Positions 35,965-44,402 of a stretch of 64,000 nt of DNA are shown piece by piece. Origin of the DNA: an uncultured Selenomonas sp. (GTDB lineage Bacteria; Bacillota; Negativicutes; Selenomonadales; Selenomonadaceae); the NCBI RefSeq assembly GCF_963528755.1, contig NZ_CAURXA010000003.1, positions 113,030 through 177,029 of the forward strand. The letters run 5' to 3'. The position numbers and the translations under genes were made by a program. Position 1 is the first letter of the stretch. Each line of letters opens with the position of its first letter. The notes beneath the pieces are model-generated. The model was given only the letters and a program-made list of their open reading frames with translations. It did not search any database and had not been told where the DNA came from.

Positions 35965-36068
35965 CGAACAATTTCCCTTTCCTGGAAAAGAGGATTCCGG
36001 CAAGAATCCGCGAATAAAAGCAATAGGTATAACGAAGTAGAATAAAACGGTGAAAAGGGGAGAACCAC

Positions 36069-36413
36069 ATGGCAATTCTGCAAGGAAACATCGAAGTCCG
36101 CAAGAACGCTGCGGGCGGCAAAGGCGAAGTCAGCCTTGAGCACCTGCTCGGCAAGGAGCAGATGGGCGACAAATGCTCGACCTTCGCACGCGTCACGATC
36201 AAGCCCGGCTCGTCACTTGGCTACCATCAGCACAAGGGAAACAGCGAGACATACTTCATCCTGCAGGGCAAGGGTGTCTACAACGACAACGGCACGGAGA
36301 TCGAAGTCGGCCCGGGAACGACGACCTTCTGTCCCGATGGCGAGTATCATGGCCTGTCGAACGAAAACGGCACGGAAGATCTCGTGTTCATGGCTCTGAT
36401 CATCAACAGCTGA
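36069..36413 (+). CDS. cupin domain protein
   Basis: 114 aa with cupin motifs G.SLGYHQHKGNSETYFILQG and G.YHGL.N. Confidence 0.85.
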   Translation: MAILQGNIEVRKNAAGGKGEVSLEHLLGKEQMGDKCSTFARVTIKPGSSLGYHQHKGNSETYFILQGKGVYNDNGTEIEVGPGTTTFCPDGEYHGLSNENGTEDLVFMALIINS

Positions 36414-36493
36414 ATATACTTCTAGGGAAGCGCTGATAAATTCAGCCGCCCATCTTCGCATGTCTGCGCGACTTCATTTCATCCGCGCTCTCC

Positions 36494-36527
36494 AAAAAAA
36501 GAACCTGCCAAGGCAGGTTCTTTTTTT
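36494..36527. terminator. bidirectional terminator
   Basis: AAAAAAAGAACCTGCC-AA-GGCAGGTTCTTTTTTT. Confidence 0.85.
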
Positions 36528-36528
36528 A

Positions 36529-37461
36529 CTAGCCCTCGCACTTGCCGCAGAAGTACTCGTATGTGCGCCGAAGCCCATCGGCAAGCGTTGTGGCAGGCTG
36601 CCAGTCGAGGCCGCGGCGGGCGCGGCTGTTCGAGAGCATCGACTTGTAGATGTCTCCCTCGCGCTCCGCGCCGTACTTTGGGACAATCTCGCGCCCGCGA
36701 ATCTCAGCGAGGAGTGACACGAGCTCGCGAAGGCTCGTTTCCGTCTGCGTCGAGAGGTTGTAGGCGGCATTCACTTCCTCAGTACGAAGCGCCGCCCATA
36801 TACCCTCGGCGATGTCGCCCGCATAGACAAAATCGCGCGTCTGCTCGCCGTCACCGTAGATCGTGATGTCTCGCCCCTCGGCCACCGCCTTGGCGAAGAT
36901 GCTGATGACACCACCCTCGCCGCCGTCGCCCTGGCGCTCGCCGTAGACGTTCGCAAAGCGCAGGACGACGTACTCCATGCCGTAAATCTTACGATACATC
37001 TCAAGGTACTTCTCCACCGAGAGCTTCGACAGGCCGTAAAACGACATCGGCTCCGTCGGCTGCGCTTCGCGCACGGGCAGGTCGTCCTCCTTCACGTCCC
37101 CATAGGCGGCGGCGGTCGAAGCGAAGATGACGCGCTTGACGTTCGCCGCGCGTGCCGCTTCCAAGACCTGTACCGTTCCTAGGAGGTTCTCGCGCGTATC
37201 GAGAAGCGGATTTTTGATCGACGTGTCGACCATCGTCTGCGCCGCAAGGTGGACGATGGCGTCGAAAGCTCCCGCCGCCACGACCTTCGGCAGCTCCTCA
37301 TCCAAGATGTCCATCTCGACGAGCTTCGCTTCGGGCGGCAAATTCTCGGCAAGCCCCGTCGACAAATTGTCAAGCGCCGTCACGTTCTCACCCTTCGCGA
37401 GAAGATGGCGCACGAGATGCGAGCCGATGAAGCCCGCGCCGCCGGTCACCAGTATATTCAA
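36529..37461 (-). CDS. NAD-dependent epimerase/dehydratase (UDP-glucose 4-epimerase-like)
   Basis: ORF 36529..37470 trimmed to TTG 37461 (GGAGG 7 nt upstream), giving MNILVTGGAGFIGSH. Has the YGLSK catalytic motif. Confidence 0.88.
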   Translation of the reverse strand: MNILVTGGAGFIGSHLVRHLLAKGENVTALDNLSTGLAENLPPEAKLVEMDILDEELPKVVAAGAFDAIVHLAAQTMVDTSIKNPLLDTRENLLGTVQVLEAARAANVKRVIFASTAAAYGDVKEDDLPVREAQPTEPMSFYGLSKLSVEKYLEMYRKIYGMEYVVLRFANVYGERQGDGGEGGVISIFAKAVAEGRDITIYGDGEQTRDFVYAGDIAEGIWAALRTEEVNAAYNLSTQTETSLRELVSLLAEIRGREIVPKYGAEREGDIYKSMLSNSRARRGLDWQPATTLADGLRRTYEYFCGKCEG

Positions 37462-37573
37462 ATGCAGCACCTCCTAAACAAAATGCAGCCATGCCGCATG
37501 ACTCAGCGAACCCATTATAGCCCACTCATGCGGATGCGTCAAATCAGCGTGAATCAGCTGCATATAACAAACC

Positions 37574-37840
37574 TTAATCATAATGACCCCTGCAAGAGAA
37601 AATCTGTAACGAATCATCCGAAATGCAATAAATCAAGCGATTCTTTTCATCGATCCTGCGGCTCCACAGACCACCCAATTCACCACGAAGCGGCTCAGGT
37701 TTGCCGATCCCCTCAAAAGGATTCCTCTCAATATCTCTCAATAAGATATTTATCCTTTTCAAAGTCTTCTTGTCCTGCATCTGCCAATAGAGGTAATCCT
37801 CCCATGCCTCATCAAACCAGCGCTTCTCCATCGTCTTCAA
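37574..37840 (-). CDS. yoeB: Txe/YoeB family type II toxin
   Basis: 88 aa, ..WFDEAWEDYLYWQMQDKKTLKRINILLRDIERNPFEGIGKPEPLRGELGGLWSRRIDEKNRLIY......L.I.SCRGHY. Confidence 0.88.
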   Translation of the reverse strand: MKTMEKRWFDEAWEDYLYWQMQDKKTLKRINILLRDIERNPFEGIGKPEPLRGELGGLWSRRIDEKNRLIYCISDDSLQIFSCRGHYD

Positions 37841-38093
37841 CCTCGATCAAATCATGCTTTGCGAATTTCCCTGCCTTGAAGGCGGCAATGCCGCGACGAA
37901 TATGAGCCATATTGCTTTCTGAATAAAACGGATCCGGGTCAGCTGAAAGTTCAAATGGAATTTTCCTGTCGCGCACTACACGTTTTGCAAAAATCAAAAA
38001 CGCCGCGGATATCGGAAGACCTATTTCATCACAAACCTTGCCAAACTGCAAAGATAACGCCTCATCCATACGAATCACTACATCCTGCGCCAT
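37812..38093 (-). CDS. type II antitoxin with a RelB/DinJ-type ribbon-helix-helix N-terminus
   Basis: ORF trimmed to ATG 38093. IRMDEALSLQFGKVCDEIGLPISAAFLIFAKRVVRDRKIPFELS resembles DinJ. Overlaps yoeB by 29 nt. Confidence 0.75.
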   Translation of the reverse strand: MAQDVVIRMDEALSLQFGKVCDEIGLPISAAFLIFAKRVVRDRKIPFELSADPDPFYSESNMAHIRRGIAAFKAGKFAKHDLIEVEDDGEALV

Positions 38094-38164
38094 GAAATTC
38101 CCCTCCTTCAAGCAAAGAATATTATTCTGCAAAAATAAAATCGCCAGACGCTCGCACGGATGCG

Positions 38165-39004
38165 TCAAATCAGCTCGACATACCGCGCCACGGCGTCGCG
38201 CCAATCGGGCAGACGCGAGAAGCCCGCGTCATCGAGACATTTCTTCGACAGGCGCGAATTCTTGGGCCGCTTCGCCTTCGTCGGATATTCCTCCGTCTTG
38301 ATCGCCTTCACACGCGTCTTCTTTCCCGCACAACGAAGAGCCTCCGCCGCAAGTTCCGCCCACGAGCATGTGCCTTCGTTCGTCGCATGGTAGACGCCGT
38401 ACTTTCGCGTCTCGATCATGTCGGCGAGCAGGCGCGCGAGATCGCGTGTGTACGTCGGCGAGCCGATCTGGTCGCCGACAATGGAAAGCTCCTCGTGCGT
38501 TTCGGCAAGGCGCAGCATCGTCTTGATGAAATTCTTGCCATTTTCGCCGAAGACCCACGAGATGCGCACGATGAAGAGTTCGTCGATCTCTTTTTGCGCC
38601 GCCTCTTCGCCGAGAAGCTTCGACTCGCCGTAGACGTTGCACGGCGCCTTCTCATCCTCTGGCTCGTAGAAGTCCTCGCCCGTGCCGGGAAATACATAGT
38701 CCGTGCTGATGTAGAGGAACTTCGCGCCGATCTCCTTCGCGAGACGCGCGAGTTCGCCTGTCGCCGCCGCATTCACCTCGCGGCAAAGCTCTGGCTCGTC
38801 CTCGGCCTTGTCCACTGCCGTATACGCTGCGCAGTGGATGATCGCCGTCGGCCGATGTACCTCGACGAAGCGGCGCATTGCCGCGAAGTCCGTCAAGGAG
38901 AAGTCGCTCCTCGATGCGCCTTTCGCCTCGACGCCGCGCGCGAGAAGCTCGCGCATGACGTCGAAGCCCAGCTGTCCGCTCACGCCCGTGACAAGCACCT
39001 TCAT
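38165..39004 (-). CDS. rfbD: dTDP-4-dehydrorhamnose reductase
   Basis: 279 aa, MKVLVTGVSGQLG..IIHCAAYTAVDKAE..YISTDYVF.G..YGESK..RISWVFG. Confidence 0.92.
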   Translation of the reverse strand: MKVLVTGVSGQLGFDVMRELLARGVEAKGASRSDFSLTDFAAMRRFVEVHRPTAIIHCAAYTAVDKAEDEPELCREVNAAATGELARLAKEIGAKFLYISTDYVFPGTGEDFYEPEDEKAPCNVYGESKLLGEEAAQKEIDELFIVRISWVFGENGKNFIKTMLRLAETHEELSIVGDQIGSPTYTRDLARLLADMIETRKYGVYHATNEGTCSWAELAAEALRCAGKKTRVKAIKTEEYPTKAKRPKNSRLSKKCLDDAGFSRLPDWRDAVARYVELI

Positions 39005-39050
39005 AGAAATCCCCTTTCCCTATAGCGAGCACGCCTGACGCGCGGCACAC

Positions 39051-40583
39051 TCATTCCTCCTGCCCCACATCGTCCGCGAGCACGCGCAACGTCCGAAGCG
39101 AGGCGTCCGCCGCACCCGTGACCTTGAGTCCCGCCGCCGCCATCACCTCGATGTAGCGGCAGACCTCCGCCGTGAAGACCTCGCCCGTGCAGATCACAGG
39201 GATACCCGGCGGATAGAAGGCGATGGTCTCCGCCGCGATGCGCCCCGCCGCCTCGCACAGGCGGCAGGGGACAGAGCGGCGATAGAACGCCTCGCGCGGC
39301 GGAATTGCCACAGGCGGCGCGGCGGGAAGGCGCACGACGGAAGGCTGCGCTTTCCCGTTATCCAGCATGGCGGACGCGCCCACCGCCGCGGCGGCAGTCG
39401 CCCCGTGTACCATCTGCCGCTGTGCCAAAGAGCGCAATGCCGCTAAGAGCCTTCCTGCACTTTCTGCCGTATCGGCATAGGTGAGGAGGAAGAGCACGTT
39501 TTGTGCATCGAAAAGCTCCGCCTCAATCTTATGCTCATAGCGCAGGATATGCGCAGCTTCCGCACCCGTTAGGCCGAGTCCCGTGACCGTCACCGTGAGC
39601 TTCAGCGGGTCGAGCGCGAATGCTCCTGCACCTCCCATGCGCTCTTCGCCAAAAGAGAAGAGTCCAGGCGTCGCATTCACCTCGCACCTAAGTTTCCGCG
39701 CCAGCCCCACAGCACGGGCAAGATGCGCCGCGCCCGCCTCTGCCATCTGCAGGCGGGCGATGTCGAGGGATGCCAGCAGCAGGTAGTTCGGGCTTGTCGA
39801 TGTCAGGAGGCTCATCGCCCGCTGCACGCGCTCTTTTTCGATGCGCCCTTCGCGGAGCAACAGGAGCGAGGCCTGCGTCATCGCGCCGAGGAGCTTGTGC
39901 GTGCTCTGCGCGACGAGATCGGCGCCCGCTGCGATCGCCGACTCCGGCAAATCTTCAGAGAACGCGAGATGCGCGCCGTGCGCCTCGTCGACGAGGAGCA
40001 CCATGCCCGCCTCGTGCACGATCTCGGCGATGGCACGCACGTCGGAGGCGACACCGTAATACGTCGGCGAAACGAGCAGCAGCGCCTTCGCCTCAGGATG
40101 CAGGCGGCACGCCTCTCGCACAGCTTCCGTACTAAGCCCGTGCGCTATGCCAAGCGCCTCGTCAACGATCGGCTCGATGTAGACGGGATGCGCGTCGGCA
40201 AGCACGAGACCGCCGAAAACGGAGCGATGCACGTTGCGCGGCACAAGCACGGCGTCGCCCGGTGAGAGAGCGGCCACGAGCATCGCATGGATCGCGCCCG
40301 TCGTGCCGTTGACGGCGAAAAAGGCCGCATCCGCTCCATAGAGCGCGGCGGCGAGATCCTGCGCCTCCTCGATGCAGCCCGTAGGATCGTGCAGATCGTC
40401 AAGCTCTTCCATCAGAGAGACCTCTTCTCGAAGGCCTGTTTCCGTCACGAGTTCGCGCAAGAGCGCATGCGCCCCTGCACCCTGCTTGTGTCCGGGCGTA
40501 TGAAAGGCGAGAGCACCTGCTTCCCGATACGCACACATGGCGGCGGCGAGCGGCGCGCGTCTTTGTCTTTCGTCCGCCGTCAC
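39051..40583 (-). CDS. PLP-dependent Orn/Lys/Arg decarboxylase family protein (SpeA/YaaO type)
   Basis: ORF 39051..40646 trimmed to GTG 40583, which overlaps the upstream TGA (GTGA). HTPGHKQG..NGTTGAIHAM..STHKLLGAMTQAS is the Orn/Lys/Arg decarboxylase major-domain signature. Confidence 0.85.
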   Translation of the reverse strand: MTADERQRRAPLAAAMCAYREAGALAFHTPGHKQGAGAHALLRELVTETGLREEVSLMEELDDLHDPTGCIEEAQDLAAALYGADAAFFAVNGTTGAIHAMLVAALSPGDAVLVPRNVHRSVFGGLVLADAHPVYIEPIVDEALGIAHGLSTEAVREACRLHPEAKALLLVSPTYYGVASDVRAIAEIVHEAGMVLLVDEAHGAHLAFSEDLPESAIAAGADLVAQSTHKLLGAMTQASLLLLREGRIEKERVQRAMSLLTSTSPNYLLLASLDIARLQMAEAGAAHLARAVGLARKLRCEVNATPGLFSFGEERMGGAGAFALDPLKLTVTVTGLGLTGAEAAHILRYEHKIEAELFDAQNVLFLLTYADTAESAGRLLAALRSLAQRQMVHGATAAAAVGASAMLDNGKAQPSVVRLPAAPPVAIPPREAFYRRSVPCRLCEAAGRIAAETIAFYPPGIPVICTGEVFTAEVCRYIEVMAAAGLKVTGAADASLRTLRVLADDVGQEE

Positions 40584-41863
40584 TTCTTCGCAGCCTTTTC
40601 GGGCGCGAGCACGTTCGGGCGGAACGGCATGCGCAGATGGATGCACGTTCCCTTGCCGATCTCCGAAATGATGTTGAGTTCCGCGCCGATGATGGCGGCG
40701 CGCTCTCTCATGCCGAGGAGTCCGTACTGGCCGTAAGCGTTCCTCGATATGGGATCGTTGACATCGCGGTCGTCGTCAAACTGCTCTTCTTCGCTCGGCA
40801 CGGCGTCCTCTTCCGCATCGGGATCGAAGCCCTTGCCCTCGTCCTTGACCGTGATGGCGAGTGCCGAAGCCGTGTAGAGAATGCGCACCTCAGCCTTCTT
40901 GACGCCCGCGTGGCGGCTGACGTTGTTCAGGGATTCCTGCACGATGCGGAAGATGCTGACCTCAGCATACTTCGCGAGCTTCTGCTCCTCGCCCTCCACG
41001 GCGATGGAAGCATCGAGCATGCCGCGTTCGCGCATCTTGCTGATCAGCTGGCGCAGCGCTGGCTCAAGGCCGAGATCGTCGAGCGACATCGGGCGCATGT
41101 CGAAAATGATCTGGCGCATATCCGTCAGGCAGCCGCGAATGTGCTGGCGAAGTTCCTGCAGACCGCGCTTCGCCTCTTCGGGATCGCGGTCGACCATGCG
41201 TTCGATGATCGAAGTCTGAAAGATGAGGTTCGCAATGTCCTGCGCTGGGCCGTCGTGCAGCTCACGAGAAACGCGCAGGCGTTCCTCCTCCTGCGCCTTG
41301 ATGATCTGCGCACCGACGAACTTGCTCTTCTGCGCTTCCTCGATCTGCCAGACGACGCCGTTGATCTGATCGCTCAGATAGCTCAAGACCGAGCCGATGC
41401 AGATCGCCAGATGCTCCGCCGTCCTCAAGATCTCCTTCAAACCGTGCAGGCGAAGCTCCAAGGCGTCGCGCTGCGCACGAAGCTGGTTCTCCTTCTCCCG
41501 TGCCACGCTCAGCTCGATCTGAATGTCCTTGACCGACTCGTAATGCTCGCGTATGCGCTCCTCCGAATAATTGCCGAAGTCACTGCTCGTCTCGGCGAGC
41601 TTCTTTTTCTCTCTCTGCTCGATTTCCGAAAGCTCATCGACCTTCTCGATCGTCTGGCGCGTGAGTTCGCGCAGATCCTCAAGCGTGCGCCGGCTCGACT
41701 CGACCTCGCCGCGCGCCGCCTCGTAGATATCGAAGATCTGCGTCTTATTCGTCTCGATCGTGCTGACCGTACTCTTGAGAATATTATCCAGCGACTTGGC
41801 GCTGAGCTTGTCGATCTGAGTGCGAGGAAACTCCGATCCGCTCTTCTCCTGCTCCATAAACAT
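40580..41863 (-). CDS. DegS-like cytoplasmic sensor histidine kinase (HisKA_3 type)
   Basis: 427 aa. Coiled-coil DegS sensor domain, then IIKAQEEERLRVSRELHDGPAQ (H-box), LDDLGLEPAL, and an HATPase_c ending GLLGMRERA...G.......GKGT. Confidence 0.85.
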   Translation of the reverse strand: MFMEQEKSGSEFPRTQIDKLSAKSLDNILKSTVSTIETNKTQIFDIYEAARGEVESSRRTLEDLRELTRQTIEKVDELSEIEQREKKKLAETSSDFGNYSEERIREHYESVKDIQIELSVAREKENQLRAQRDALELRLHGLKEILRTAEHLAICIGSVLSYLSDQINGVVWQIEEAQKSKFVGAQIIKAQEEERLRVSRELHDGPAQDIANLIFQTSIIERMVDRDPEEAKRGLQELRQHIRGCLTDMRQIIFDMRPMSLDDLGLEPALRQLISKMRERGMLDASIAVEGEEQKLAKYAEVSIFRIVQESLNNVSRHAGVKKAEVRILYTASALAITVKDEGKGFDPDAEEDAVPSEEEQFDDDRDVNDPISRNAYGQYGLLGMRERAAIIGAELNIISEIGKGTCIHLRMPFRPNVLAPEKAAKK

Positions 41864-42056
41864 CGCCGCCCCCTTTTTCCACTAAAGATATTCATTTCAT
41901 TATATAACAGACGCGGCCTCATATTCAAGGAGTTTGATGCAAACATCAACGCATATAGCACAAATCGCTTGATTTTCCATCCTGTTGCCGTTAAACTAAG
42001 AAGAAGCGCTTTTCTATTTATCTAATCTATTATAAAAATCGCGAGGGAGATCAGAT

Positions 42057-42515
42057 ATGAGCATTTTTTCCAGATTCCTGCCCAAGAAGAAGCAGCCGGA
42101 AATCAAGAACAATATTCCAAAGGAAAAGGCGAACATCAAGAAGACGTTCGGCATCTACTGTCACAAGGAGCACGGCACGGAGGGCGACAAGCTGTGCCCC
42201 AAGTGCACGGCGCTCCTTGCCACCGTGCTGATGAAGATGAACCGCTGTCCCTACGGCATCACAAAGCCGATCTGCGACCGCTGCGAAAACCCGTGCTTCT
42301 CGAAGAGCCAGAACATCGAATTCCGCAAGATCATGACGGCGAACCAAAAGAGCATGCTGCTGCGCCACCCGATCATGACGATCAAGCACAAGCTCGCGAG
42401 CATGGGCGTCGACTATGCGCTCAAGGAACGCGCGAAGAAGGAGCAGCAGAAGGTCGATGCGAAGGAGAAGGCGGCGAAGCGCCGCGAGGAAGCGCGCAGC
42501 AAAAAAAAGAAGTGA
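42057..42515 (+). CDS. nitrous oxide-stimulated promoter (YgbA) family protein
   Basis: 152 aa. Cys-rich core YCHKEHG....LCPKC..L......R..RCPYG..KP.C..C...C. Lys-rich tail. Confidence 0.8.
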   Translation: MSIFSRFLPKKKQPEIKNNIPKEKANIKKTFGIYCHKEHGTEGDKLCPKCTALLATVLMKMNRCPYGITKPICDRCENPCFSKSQNIEFRKIMTANQKSMLLRHPIMTIKHKLASMGVDYALKERAKKEQQKVDAKEKAAKRREEARSKKKK

Positions 42516-42525
42516 GGATCTCCCC

Positions 42526-42666
42526 TCACTTCTTCGCGATGATGCCCGAAAGCTCCCGCACGCTGTCGTTCAAGGCTCCGAGCTTACCCTCGATGCGCAC
42601 GAGCAAAAAAGCCGTGACCGCCATCGGGAAACCGTAGCTGCCGAACGCCGCCAGAAGATCGTTCAT
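42526..42666 (-). CDS. yvrJ: YvrJ family small membrane protein (46 aa)
   Basis: Below the ORF-track cutoff. MNDLLAAFGSYGFPMAVTAFLLVRIEGKLGALNDSVRELSGIIAKK matches the YvrJ pattern (..GFP.....YLLVRIE..L..L). GAGGGGG RBS. Terminator GAAGTGAGG-loop-CCTCACTTC followed by TTTTTTTT on the minus strand (42533-42500). Confidence 0.7.
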   Translation of the reverse strand: MNDLLAAFGSYGFPMAVTAFLLVRIEGKLGALNDSVRELSGIIAKK

Positions 42667-42846
42667 CTCATCACCCCCTCGCACGCATACATGCGGCGAG
42701 GGGGCTTTTTCATATCACTGCAGATGCGCGAATCCGCAGCATGTCCAACCGACTGCATTGCGCAAAGCTCACCGACACACCCGCGTTCCCAAACGGCACA
42801 TGCCGCCTCTCGCTTAGGAGGACGCAAGGATAAAACGGCGCTCCTT

Positions 42847-43695
42847 CTAAGCGATCACGTTCCGAAGATCGCCGATGCCCTCGATCTTCACGACGATCTC
42901 GTCACCTGCCTTGAGCCAGCGCCGCTCCTTCTCGGGCAGACCGAAGATCACGCCGTGCGGTGTGCCCGTGAAGATGACATCACCGGGATCGAGCGTCATG
43001 CACTTCGAAATATAGCTGACGATGGCGGCGGGCGAGAAGATCATGTCCGCCGTCGTCCCATCCTGGCGCATCTCGCCGTTGACAAACGTCTGAACAGCGA
43101 GATGCGAGACATCGATCTCTGCGGCGGGCACGATATAGGGGCCGAGCGGCGCGAAGCCGTCGGGCGTCTTGCCGAGCAGCCACTGCGAGGTGCGGCGCTG
43201 CAAGTCCCGTGCCGTGAAGTCGTTACCCGCCGTATAGCCAAAGATGGCGGCGGCGGCCTCTTCCTCAGCTGCATCCTTGACCTTTTTCCCGACGATGACG
43301 ACAAGCTCCGCCTCGTAGTCAAGCTCCTTCGCGCCCGTGGGCAGGCGCACCTCGCCGCCTGAAGCGTTGAGTGCGTTATTGAACTTGCTGAAGAGCGCCG
43401 GATATTTGGGCGCCCCGAAGGGAACCTCCGCACGGTGGCTCGCGTAGTTCAATCCGACGCAGAGGATCTTGCCCGGCGCCGTCACGGCGGGCGCAAAGCG
43501 CAGTCCGTGCGCCAAAGGCTTCGCGTGTTGCAGAACGCTTTCGATCTGCGGCCGAATCTTCTCCCAATCGGCAAAGATTTCCTGCCAACCCCAGCTATAG
43601 CCGACGGCGCTGACATCGACAGTCTTCTCTCCGTCGCTCGCACCGATATGCACGGCGCCGTCCTCGGCATAGAAATTCAAGAGTTTCACGATCAT
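42847..43695 (-). CDS. fumarylacetoacetate hydrolase (FAH) family protein
   Basis: 282 aa, ..KILCVGLNY..H..E.......P..F.K......G..V..P.....LDYE.ELVVIVGK......GYT..ND.TARD.Q......W...K..D.F.PLGP.. Confidence 0.9.
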   Translation of the reverse strand: MIVKLLNFYAEDGAVHIGASDGEKTVDVSAVGYSWGWQEIFADWEKIRPQIESVLQHAKPLAHGLRFAPAVTAPGKILCVGLNYASHRAEVPFGAPKYPALFSKFNNALNASGGEVRLPTGAKELDYEAELVVIVGKKVKDAAEEEAAAAIFGYTAGNDFTARDLQRRTSQWLLGKTPDGFAPLGPYIVPAAEIDVSHLAVQTFVNGEMRQDGTTADMIFSPAAIVSYISKCMTLDPGDVIFTGTPHGVIFGLPEKERRWLKAGDEIVVKIEGIGDLRNVIA

Positions 43696-43774
43696 TTCCC
43701 CTTTCCTGCTTCCTATATACGACAGACTTCTTCCCGTTCCTGCAAAAAATATTTTAGAAAATTCAAAACCGATA

Positions 43775-43803
43775 TTGTATTTTGTCTCCTATCATGATAT
43801 AAT
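43775..43803 (+). promoter_or_regulatory. near-consensus promoter facing into an ORF-free 600-bp gap
   Basis: TTGTAT (43775-43780), 17-nt spacer, TGaTATAAT (TG 43795-43796, TATAAT 43798-43803). Confidence 0.6.
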
Positions 43804-43809
43804 GAAGCC

Positions 43810-44395
43810 GTAAAGAGGAGAAAGGACGGGCAACGCCAGCGACGAGGACAAGCCTGCATGCAGGTCGGACTCCGCGGGCAGGGCAAGTGCCGGTCAGCCG
43901 AAACAGGCTCTTCTCAATGTGGTTACACGAAAGGTGTGAGGTTTATTGAGGAATAAGCTTTTCCTTCTCCACCTGAGGGTTTCCGGCTAGGAAGTGCACA
44001 CTTTGCATACGAATCCCGCAACGACGGACTGACGAATGGGCAGCGGCCTGGCAGCTCCGAAGGCATTGCGGAAAAAGGCACAACGTCGGAAACAGCGTGG
44101 AGAAGCCCGTGGCAACTTTCACCTTGTCGATGCGTACGCGAGGGTCATTCAGTAGATTGCGCAGTCCCCAGATCGGAACCGAGATACCTGCCGAGCCCGG
44201 GATTTTGAACGATGACGAGTGATGCATCAATCTGTGATATTCCATCACAACCGTTCGATCGAACCGCTTCATACAGCATGGAGGCTTCATCGCGGAGCGC
44301 CATGCAAGACAATTGAATACGAAGGAAAAAGGGTATATGACGATCAAAAGATAAACCCGCCGAGAGAAGTCCCGTGAGACTCCTGCGGCGGGTTT
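43810..44395 (+). ncRNA. candidate large structured non-coding RNA (about 590 nt), class unknown
   Basis: Bounded by a promoter and a hairpin. No plus-strand ORF of 60 aa or more. Many GC helices with GAAA-type loops that I paired by hand (see findings). No RNase P, tmRNA or riboswitch core that I recognise. Confidence 0.4.
44353..44395. terminator. bidirectional hairpin terminator (radical-SAM gene on the minus strand; possible 3' end of the plus-strand RNA)
   Basis: AAACCCGCCG-loop-CGGCGGGTTT. The minus strand is followed by ATCTTTTG and the plus strand by ATTGC (UUUAUU including the stem end). Confidence 0.7.
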
Positions 44396-44402
44396 ATTGC
44401 TG

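Noticed and set aside
43810-44395. RNase P RNA, tmRNA, SRP RNA, a riboswitch or an ORF-less group II intron as the identity of the structured 590-nt region.
   Set aside because: GAGAAAGGACGGGC only superficially resembles the invariant RNase P GGAAAGTCCGGGC, and no matching P4 3' strand is present. There is no tRNA-like 3' end or tag ORF for tmRNA. There is no SRP GGAA/AGCA motif context. There is no GTGYG 5' end or domain V (AGC..GNRA..) for a group II intron. No downstream plus-strand gene exists for a riboswitch. The class therefore remains unknown.
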